Shown piece by piece: positions 54,510-64,000 of a stretch of 64,000 nt of DNA. The position numbers were made by a program, and so were the translations under genes. The notes below the pieces were generated by a model. It did not search any database. It saw only the letters and a list, made by a program, of their open reading frames with translations, and had not been told where the DNA came from. Source of the DNA: an uncultured delta proteobacterium (GTDB taxonomy: Bacteria > Desulfobacterota > WTBG01 > CAIYCZ01). Location of the stretch: positions 96,001-160,000 of the forward strand of contig CAWDOY010000003.1 in NCBI GenBank assembly GCA_963803975.1. Direction: 5' to 3'. Positions within the stretch are counted from its first letter, which is position 1. Every line of letters starts with the position of its first letter.

Positions 54510-55970
54510 ATGTTTGAACAAGCCTTCAAAAACATCGACGACGTCCTCTGGAAAGAGGCCGGCTGCACCACCGAGCTGGACTACACCGAGCAGACCTCCT
54601 GGCTGCTGTTCCTGAAATACCTCGACGGGCTGGAGCAGGACAAGGCCGATGGAGGCCGCGCTGGAGGGGAAGAAGTACACCTACATCCTCGACAAGCCCT
54701 ACCGCTGGGAAAGCTGGGCCGCGCCCAAGGGCAAGGACGGCAAGCTCGACCACAACAAGGCCCTGACCGGCGACGACCTGCGCGACTTCGTCAATCAGAA
54801 GCTCTTTCCCTACCTGCACGGCTTCAAGCAGAAGGCCAGCGGGCCGAACACCATCGAATACAAGATCGGGGAGATCTTCGGCGAGATCAAAAACAAGATC
54901 CACAGCGGCTACAACCTGCGCGAGATCATCGACCACATCGACGAACTGCGCTTCCGCTCGCAGACCGAGAAGCACGAGCTCTCGCACCTCTACGAAGCCA
55001 AGATCAAGAACATGGGCAACGCCGGGCGCAACGGCGGCGAGTATTACACCCCGCGCCCGCTCATCCGCGCCATCGTGCAGGTGGTCAAGCCCAAGATCGG
55101 CGAGCGCATCTACGACGGCGCGGTCGGCTCGGCGGGCTTCTTGTGCGAAGCGTTCGACTACCTGAAGAGCCAAGCCCAAGCTGCACCACCGCCAGGACCT
55201 GAAGACGCTGCAGGAGCGCACCTTCTACGGCAAGGAAAAGAAGTCGCTCGCCTACGTCATCGCGATCATGAACATGATCCTGCACGGCATCGAGGCGCCG
55301 AACATCATCCACACCAACACGCTCACCGAGAACCTCGCCGACATTCAGGAGAAGGACCGCTATCGACGTGGTGCTGGCCAATCCGCCCTTCGGCGGCAAG
55401 GAGCGCAAGGAGGTCCAGCAGAACTTCCCCATCCGCACCGGCGAGACCGCCTTCCTGTTCCTCCAGCACTTCATCAAGATGCTCAAGGCCGGCGGGCGCG
55501 GCGGCGTGGTCATCAAGAACACCTTCCTCTCCAACACCGACAACGCCTCGGTGAGCCTGCGCAAGCTGCTGCTGGAAAGCTGCAACCTGCACACCGTGCT
55601 CGACTGCCCCGGCGGCACGTTCCAGGGCGCGGGCGTGAAGACCGTGGTGCTGTTCTTCGAGAAGGGCGCGCCGACCCGCAAGGTCTGGTACTACCAGCTC
55701 GACCCCGGCCGCAACCTGGGCAAGACCAACCCGCTCAACGATGACGACCTCGCCGAGTTCGTCGAACTGCAAAAGACCTTCGCCGACTCGCCCAAGAGCT
55801 GGAGCGTGGACGCCAAGAGCATCGACCAGACGACCTTCGATCTCTCCGTGAAGAACCCCAACGGCGGCGAGGAAGTCACCCACCGCAGCCCGCAGGAGAT
55901 CATGGACGAGATCGCCGCGCTGGATGCCGAGAGTGCGGAGGTGCTGGCGAACATCAGGGCGCTGCTATGA
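54510..55970 (+). CDS. hsdM: Type I RM N6-adenine methyltransferase (frameshifted)
   Basis: GEYYTPR, YDGAVGSAGF and ANPPFGG. Confidence 0.92.
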
Positions 55971-57216
55971 AGAACGGGTGGCAAACGAAGAACGCTTGGG
56001 CGACGTCTGCGAGTCATCGACTACGGGCAAGCACGCCAGCAAAGACAATCGACCGTTCTGACGGCAATCACTGACGAATGTGATATCTGCGGTCATTACA
56101 GACTGTAACCGATGAAAGTTCGTTGACAGACCGAGACATGTCGATATGGTCAGCGATGCTCGAGCAATTCCAGAAGGGTGACGTTCTGTTTGCGACATCA
56201 CTGAGTCACGTCGGGCAAGGTCGCGCATTGCATACTGACGAGCGAGTTGCTATCGGCACGACGATGCGCATTGTCTGCATCCGACCAATGACGCAAGCTA
56301 TTGACTCGAGATTCTTGCTTTACTATCTGCTTCTATCGACTAGTTCAAGAGCATGTTCGAGCAGCAGATGGAGTCAGGCGCGACCGTCAAGCGTAATCAA
56401 AGTCGAGCTTCAAGAGCATTCAGATTCCCATTCCCCCGCTCCCCGAACAGCAGCGGATCGTCGGCATCCTCGACGAAGCGTTTGACGGCATCGCCACCGC
56501 CAAAGCCAACGCCGAAAAGAACCTCCAAAACGCCCGCGCCCTCTTCGAAAGCCACCTCCAATCCGTCTTCACCCAGCGCGGCGAGGGGTGGGTGGAGAAG
56601 ACGCTTGGAGAATCTGTCGAATGATCAACGGCGACAGCGGAAGCACTATCCGACCGAGAGAATACGTCGAGACGGCATTCCTGTTGTGAACACCGGACAA
56701 ACGTTCGATGCACGATGGTACTTGTCGCAGACGATATATGAGTTACATTCGACCAAGGATGCTACGAATCCACGAAGACGTGCAAATTCAGCAGGCGGCG
56801 ACGTCTGATTGTTGCATCGACGGCGCAACCGCTGGAAGAGCGGCATTGCGATTGTCCGACACCGCAGCGAGCTTACGACATCTGCTTGATCAGCGTCGAT
56901 CTCAGTTACAGCAAGCAGTCGCGACATAGTCGCTTCGCTTTATCTGCTATGCTTCAAGTCCGAGGATCTTTCAGGCAGACATCACGTTGATGACAGTTCT
57001 GGCAGCTGCACAACAGCTCAACTTGAGACTAAAGCTGTTGAGACTCTTCGATGCCATCTCCTGAATCGACCGAACAAGCAAGTCAGTATCTCGAAAGCTC
57101 GATGACCTCGTCAGACCGAAACCCAACGCCTCGAATCCATCTACCAGCAGAAGCTCGCCGCACTGGAGGAGTTGAAAAAATCGCTGCTGCACCAAGCCTT
57201 CAGCGGCCAACTTTAG
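55967..57216 (+). CDS. hsdS: Type I RM specificity subunit; TRD segments unreadable
   Basis: MKNGW..LGDVC start; central PLPEQQRIVGILDEAF; terminal LEELKKSLLHQAFSGQL*. Confidence 0.8.
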
Positions 57217-57225
57217 GAATACGCC

Positions 57226-59641
57226 ATGAACGAAGCCGAAACCCGAGCCGAACATATCGACCCTGCGCTGAAAGCGGCGGGCTGGGGCGTGGTTGAAGGC
57301 AGCCGCATCCGGCGCGAGTATCCGATCACGCTGGGCCGCATCGAAGGCCACGGCAAGCGCGGCAAGGCGCTGACCGCCGATTATGTGCTGGAGTACCGCA
57401 ACACCAAGCTGGCGGTGGTCGAGGCCAAGGCGTGGGACAAACCGCTGACCGAAGGCGTGGGGCAGGCCAAGGACTACGCCGGCAAGCTGGCCATCCGCTT
57501 CACCTATGCCACCAACGGCCAGGGCATCTACGGCATCGACATGGAGACCGGCGCCGAGGGCGAACTGGCGCAGTATCCGACGCCGGATGAACTGTGGAAC
57601 CGGACCTTTGCCACGCAGAACGCCTGGCGCGACCGCTTCGCCGCCGTGCCGTTCGAGGACAAGGGCGGCTACTTCCAGGGCCGCTACTATCAGGACATCG
57701 CCATCGAGCGGGTGCTGGAGGCCATCGCCGACGGACAAGCAGCGCATCCTGCTGACGCTGGCCACCGGCACGGGCAAGACCTTCATCGCCTTCCAGATCG
57801 CCTGGAAGCTGTTCCACAGCCGCTGGAACCTGACCGACTGGAAGACGGAGGGCGAACCAACGCGCCGGCCGCGCATCCTGTTCCTGGCCGACCGCAACAT
57901 TCTGGCCGACCAGGCATACAACGCCTTTTCCGCCTTTCCCGAAGACGCCCTGGTGCGCATCGCCCCGGACGACATCACGCAAGAAGGGCAAGGTGCCGAA
58001 GAACGGCAGCATCTTCTTCACCATCTTCCAGACCTTCATGAGCGGGCCGCCCAAGGATGGCCAGCCATCGCCCTATTTCGGCGAGTATCCGCCGGACTTC
58101 TTCGACTTCATCGTCATCGACGAGTGCCACCGCGGCGGCGCCAACGACGAGAGCAACTGGCGCGGCATCCTGGACTACTTCGCCCCTGCCGTGCAGCTCG
58201 GCCTGACCGCCACGCCCAAGCGCAAGGACAACGTGGACACCTACGCCTATTTCGGCGAGCCGGTCTACATCTACTCGCTGAAGGACGGCATCAACGACGG
58301 CTTTCTCACGCCGTTCCGGGTGAAGCAGATTTCCACGACGCTGGACGAGTACGTCTATACGCCCGACGACACGGTGGTCGAGGGCGAGATCGAGGCGGGC
58401 AAGCGGTACGAGGAACCCGACTTCAACAAGATCATCGAGATCAAGGAGCGGGAGAAGAAGCGGGTCGAAATCTTCATGTCGCAGATCGACCAGCGGGAGA
58501 AGACGCTGGTCTTCTGCGCCACCCAGGACCATGCGCTGGCGGTGCGCGACCTCATCAACCAGATGAAGACCAGCACCGACCCGAACTACTGCCAGCGGGT
58601 GACGGCCAACGACGGCGCGCTGGGCGAACAGCACCTGCGGGACTTCCAGGACAACGAGAAGACCATCCCGACCATCCTGACCACCTCGCAGAAGCTCTCG
58701 ACCGGCGTGGATGCCCGCAATATCCGCAACATCGTGCTGATGCGCCCGATCAACTCGATGATCGAGTTCAAGCAGATCATCGGGCGCGGCACACGGCTCT
58801 ACGACGGCAAGGACTACTTCACGATCTACGATTTCGTGAAGGCGCACCATCATTTCAGCGATCCGGAGTGGGATGGCGAGCCGCTTGAGCCGGAAACTGT
58901 CCAAAATGCGGCTGCTATCCCTGCCAATGCGAAAAGCCACCGCCGAAACCTTGTCCGGTCTGCGGCAAGCAGCCTTGCGAATGCGTCGAAAGAACCGTGC
59001 CCGAACTGCGGCAAGCGTCCGTGCGTGTGCAAGAAGAAAGCGAAGGTGAAGCTCGCCGACGGCAAGGAACGCACCATCCAGCACATGATGGTGACGAGCT
59101 TCTGGCACCCCGACGGCACGCCGATGTCGGCGCAGCAGTTCATGGAAGTGCTCTTCGGCAAGCTGCCGGAGTTCTTCAAGGACGAAGAGGAACTGCGCGC
59201 CCTCTGGAGCGCGCCGGATACGCGCAAGAAGCTGCTGGAGGGACTGGCCGAAAAGGGCTTCGGCAAAGATCAACTGGCCGAGATGCAGAAGATCATCGAC
59301 GCCGAGAAGAGCGACCTGTTCGACGTGCTGGCCCATGTGGCCTATGCCCTGCCGCCGCTCACCCGTGAGGAACGGGCCGCAAAGGCCAAGGTCATCATCA
59401 GCACAGCATTTCAACAGCAAGCAGCAGGTCTTCCTCGACTTCGTGCTGTCGCATTACGTGAGCGTCGGCGTGGAGGAACTCGACCAGGACAAAGCTGACA
59501 CCGCTGCTGCGGCTCAAGTATCACGACTCCATTGCCGATGCCGTGGCCGACCTGGGCAAGCCGGAGGAGATTGGCAAGGTGTTCGCCGGCTTCCAGAAGT
59601 ACCTCTATCAGCAGCAAGCGGCAGTAACGCAAGAAAAATAA
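57226..59641 (+). CDS. hsdR: Type I RM restriction subunit (EcoAI-like; frameshifted)
   Basis: NEAETR, VEAK, ATGTGKT, DECHRG, LTATP, STGVD and QIIGRGTR. Confidence 0.92.
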
Positions 59642-59704
59642 GTTAAATACGGGCTAACAAGGCACCGTACACACAGGGCAACAGATACTATTCGTGGAGT
59701 ATAC

Positions 59705-60772
59705 ATGGTGAGTGATAAACTGCTGAAAAAAACAATTTCGGCACAGGGCGAAGTTTTACTCTATCAGACCGAAGACGGCGCAACTCGAATTGAAGTACGA
59801 ATGGAGGGTGAAACCGTCTGGATGACGCAGGGAACCATGGCGGAACTGTATCAGAACCACGCCGCAAAATATCACGCTTCATTTAAAAGCCATTTATGAG
59901 GAGGGCGAACTGGAGGAAGGAGCAACTTGTAAGGAATTCTTACAAGTTCAAAATGAAGGGGCGCGGAAGGTGACCCGGTCACGAAAATTCTACAGTCTGC
60001 CTGCTATTCTTGCAGTCGGCTATCGTGTGCGCTCACACCGGGGAACACAGTTCCGGCAATGGGCAACTGAACGGCTTACTGAATATCTCGTCAAGGGCTT
60101 TAACCTTGATGACGAGCGATTTAAAAGAGCTGGCGGCGGCGGATATTTCGATGAGCTGCTCGCCCGCATCCGCGACATACGCTCATCAGAGAAGGTTTTC
60201 TGGCGCAAGGTGCTTGATATTTACGCCACGAGCATTGACTATGACTCTCCACGGAAATGTCACAGAAATTCTTTGCCACAGTGCAGAACAAAATGCACTG
60301 GGCTGCCCACGGCCACACCGCAGCGGAGGTAATCGCCGCGCGTGTCGATTCTGAAAAACCCAGCATGGGACTCACCAGCTGGACTGGCGCTCATCCCAAC
60401 AAAGATGATGTGAGCATTGCGAAGAACTATCTCGACGAAAAGGAACTCGATGCGCTCAATCGCATTGTGACACTGTATTTGGAATTTGCAGAACTTCAGG
60501 CATTGAACCGTAAACCCATGTATATGGGCGAATGGATCGCCAAGCTCGACGAATTTCTACGAATAAGTGAGCGCGATATTCTTACTCATGCAGGCAAGGT
60601 GAGCCATGAGAACGCTCTACTGAAAGCTGAAACTGAATATCAGAAGTTCGAGCAGAAGCGTCTGGCTGAACCGACACAGGCGGAGAAGGATTTTGAGGAA
60701 GCCGTGAAGAAACTGAGGAAGCTGAAAGCACCCAGCAGGGGAGCAAAAAAGCCAAAAGGAAAGATGTCATGA
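59705..60772 (+). CDS. RhuM-family virulence-associated protein (frameshifted)
   Basis: LYQTEDG, VGYRVRS.RGTQFRQWAT, RIRDIRSSEK, VQNKMHWA and AKNYL. Confidence 0.88.
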
Positions 60773-60873
60773 ACCGTTATGTAAATGCAATCGCCGGGCG
60801 ATTAAGTCTGCGGCAGCCACAGCGTCGCTTCTTGAGAATTAAAGGGGCAGAGCCCAAAAGACTGCTTCGGTGA
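60769..60873 (+). pseudogene. N-terminal stub resembling a type III restriction (Res) subunit
   Basis: MNRYVNAIAGRLSLRQPQRR with an ATGA overlap on rhuM, truncated after about 20 homologous codons; family recalled from memory. Confidence 0.55.
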
Positions 60874-60894
60874 AGAATAATATGGAGATAGAAA

Positions 60895-62137
60895 ATGCCT
60901 TTAAAATCCTACGAGCACTGCTGTTCTTCCTGTATTGCTCTTGCTAATCTCGGAAAGATTGAGGGAGTGATACCCATCCTCCATGGACCGCAGGCCTGCG
61001 CCTTCGGCAATCAGATCGGCTCCATGTTCTGCCGGCCATCCCGGTTGCTGACCATTGGCACCACACTTAAAAAGAGTGAAGTTATTTTTGGCGGTGAAGA
61101 TAAGCTCAAAGAACAGATTGTTAATGTCTATAAACAATACAAGCCCAAAATTATCGTGATTATTAACACCTGTGTTCCGCAGCTCATAGGCGAAGATTTA
61201 AAGGGAGTAATCATCGAGCTGAAGGAAGAACTGCCGGAGCTGAAGGTGACCTATTGTGAGACCGGATTCAATCAGCCAAAATCTACCCCACTGGGCAATG
61301 ACGTATCATGGCGGGCGATTATTGACGTGCTGGAGCCCAGGGATATGATCAAGGGCTCAGTGGGAATACTGGGGAGGGCAGGGCAGGATGCGGACAGCAT
61401 GGGCTGTCTTGACGTCTCTGTTGCGGGAAGCGGGTATTACCACGTTTGCTTTTCCTGCCGGGCACCTTGAAGAAATGGAGAAGATTGTCCAGGCTGAGTA
61501 TCTGTTCCCCATTCATTTAGTCCCCTATCTGACCAGCAAACGGATTAATGAACGGTTTGGCTCAAAGACTGTTTATATTGAACTGCCGGTGGGGATTGCC
61601 GGGACTACCAATTTTCTACGCGGAGTTGCCGACCTGACAGGCAGCATTAAACTTAAAGAAATTGCAGACCGTGAAGAAAAAAGATCATTGCCGCGATTAG
61701 AGAAAATAAGGGAGCAATTCAGACAGAAGCCAACAAAGGTTCTGTTAGTATCCGGGCCTGCCAATGAAACATCAATTGGGAAAATACTGGCTGAATTCGG
61801 AGCAGAAGTGATTATTGTGCCATCCATGCGCAATGCCTTTGCCCGCCAGGAGCAGGACATTTTGCAAAAGCGCTATGGCTCCCGCATTATCTTCCATGAA
61901 AATGACTTTAACAAAGTTTCAGACCTTGTAGGTTTATATAAGCCGGATGTTGTGTTTGGTGATTTCCAGGCACGCGTTGAGGTTATACGAAACCTTATCC
62001 CCTGTCTCATCAACGAGAACTATTTGAATGAATACGGCTATGATTATGCCCTGGACTTTGGTGAAAACTTTTTTGAGAACTTGAAGCAGCCATTTTTTAC
62101 CGAGTGGAAGGATATTATGCGTCAATACGCAGGATAG
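60895..62137 (+). CDS. Nitrogenase component-1 fold protein, BchN/BchY-like subunit; frameshift near 61415
   Basis: Three Cys ligand positions (HCCSSC, HGPQAC, NTC...IGED), EVIFGGEDKL and PVG..GT. Confidence 0.85.
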
Positions 62138-62205
62138 AATCTGGAACTCAGGAACTCATAAATTACAGCCTAATCAAATTAATCTGGAACTCAGGAACTG
62201 CATAA
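62138..62205 (+). repeat. Intergenic direct repeat AATCTGGAACTCAGGAACT x2
   Basis: Copies start at 62138 and 62181. Confidence 0.75.
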
Positions 62206-62255
62206 ATATGATTTTTAAACCCTGTGCACGATCGTAGTTTTGTATTGGAGATAGC

Positions 62256-63987
62256 ATGTCTGCAACTGACAGAAGAGATTTTATTGCTCCAGAAATAAAG
62301 ATGAAGGAGATTCATAAGCCATCTTCTTTTGAAGGCGCTTTATGGGCCGCGCAGGGGATAACAGATGCCCGGGTGATTTATCATGCACCTCCCGGCTGCT
62401 ATCTTATGCAGCACATGAACTCCATCTGCAATGAATGGCATCCTGAGATGTACAGCACGCTCATATCATACGCTGAAGTTATGCAGGGCACCGGGAAAAA
62501 GCTGGAGGAGGTGCTGGAAAAGGTTGTCGCTGAAAAGCCGCAGGCAATTATTATAATAACCTCACCGGTGATTGAGATTACCGGCGATGACGTTCAGGGT
62601 GCAGTCGCGGCTGCAGGATTCGAGAAGACGGTAATAATAAGACCAACCCTGGGCGGCACACTCGCTGATGGAAAGGAAAAGGCATTTATCGCTCTGACCG
62701 GACTGATGAAGACAGACGAAGAGAAGCGGAAAAAGTCCGTCAATTTAATAGGGCCGACCTATAATACGTTCAACTGGCGGGCGGATGTATTTGAACTTAA
62801 AAGAATGCTCTCTGCCATCGGTATCTGCGTCAACGCTGTTTTAACAGCTGACTGCACGGTTGATGAAATTATACATGCACCCCGGGCTGAACTAAATATA
62901 TGCATGTATCCCTATGATTGCGGGATAGAATTTGCCAAGAAAATGCAGGAGCAGTTCAGCATACCGTATATTGCAAGCCATATTCCCCTTGGCTTCCGAG
63001 AATCAGCTGCATGGCTTGATGAAATTGCCCGGTTCTTTCTGATTGATGCAAAGCAGTATATTGCACAGGAAATAAAAAGTGCCCGGGACTTTGTCACAAC
63101 GCTTTTGGTAACCAACACCTTCTTTGAAGCAACGGCTGCCCTCTCAACTGACAACTGTGATACCTACAGCGTCGGGATAAGCAGTTTTCTGAAAAGAGAA
63201 CTCGGCATGGATGTTTGCATGGCGTCGGTAGCAACTGATGAGGCATTGGAAAAAGTGTCCCAGGTTTGCTCTACGGTACTATTAAATCCAAGCATTGATG
63301 AGAAAAAGTCGGTAATGCTGGAGAAATCCCCGACCATTATTCTCGGGAATTACTATGACCTCAAGCTTGCAACTGACCTGGGATTCAAGAACTTCCTGTT
63401 TGCGGATATCCCGCTTATCGGATACATCTTTTCAGAAACTACTCCATTCATGGGCTTCATGGGTGCTAAGCATCTGGTGCAGGCCATGGGCAATGAGATT
63501 TATACCAAGATATTTATTGAGACCAAGGGGGAAATGGAAGGCGCCATATCAGCAGGGGAGGTGCCGTGGGAACTCGATGCGGAGCGGGCGCTGGGAAGGA
63601 TTGCTGAGATGCTCCCTCATTTTATACGTTCAATCGCGCTGAAGAAAATTCATCAAGTGGCAGATGAGACAGCCGTGCAAAAAAAATCTTCGGTCACGCT
63701 GGGGATCCTGCAGGAGGTCGCCACAAAATATACCCCGACGAGGTTTAAGTCAAAATATGCCACCATCTTTACGGATATAAAAGATACCCCGCTTGTTCCA
63801 GATGGCGCTGAGCAGACCGTGTTTCAGATGGAGTGGGATCAGGGCTGCTAAAGAGATGCTTGAGATGGTGCCCGATGAGTTCGTGGCAAAGGCGGTGAGG
63901 GAAACAGAAGGCTATGCCCGCGAGAACAATTATGGTCAAATAACTACAGCGGTTGTCGAGGAATACCGGAAGAAGCTCGGCTTTTGA
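62256..63987 (+). CDS. Nitrogenase component-1 fold protein, BchB/BchZ-like subunit with two C-terminal PCP_red-like domains; frameshift near 63843
   Basis: HAPPGCY, VNLIGP...F....D..ELKR.L..IGI.VN, P.G..E and PFMGF.GA; tails W..DAE..L...P.FIR and W...AKE.L..VP.......E.YA......IT. Confidence 0.85.
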
Positions 63988-64000
63988 TTAATTGAAATAA

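Noticed and set aside
54526..59420. Long minus-strand ORFs (up to 481 aa) over hsdM/hsdR
   Set aside because: These are antisense shadows caused by high GC3 and have no recognisable motifs.
39778..63987. Nitrogen fixation inferred from a NifV-like gene plus nitrogenase-fold genes
   Set aside because: There are no nifH/E/N/B genes, the second subunit lacks P-cluster Cys, and the synthase is linked to isocitrate dehydrogenase.

Overview
Bacterial chromosomal window. Gene content suggests an anaerobic Desulfobacterota/deltaproteobacterium-like organism (inference). Many genes are split by single-base indels, including essential ones such as ffh and transketolase, so most splits are probably long-read consensus errors rather than pseudogenes. 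Housekeeping genes include a TrkA-type K+ channel, a purH-like gene, ffh, tkt, msrB, panE, an EF-G paralog, mog, rsmA, a HIT protein, dnaE, guaBA, mmsA and ppx. Accessory blocks: (i) an operon of ferredoxin, degenerate PorB-like, NuoE-like (with two N-terminal PCP_red-like helical repeats) and NuoF-like genes (7.5-11.2 kb); (ii) four secreted proteins sharing a Cys-rich CPxxYPxDCxNGYCCP module, three of them also with a CFI-box-CTERM-like tail; (iii) a Tat-exported [NiFe]-hydrogenase operon followed by an unannotated CxxCH protein and an unannotated 37-aa RiPP-precursor-like ORF; (iv) a roughly 11-kb mosaic island with RhuM/ORF6N fragments, a complete IS1182-family element with a 5-bp target duplication, a GC-rich type I RM locus and a type III Res stub; (v) a BchN/BchB (DPOR/COR)-like nitrogenase-fold gene pair with no photosynthesis or nif context. 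The best candidates for an undescribed system are (v), (i), their shared PCP_red-like domains, and the Cys-rich secreted family.
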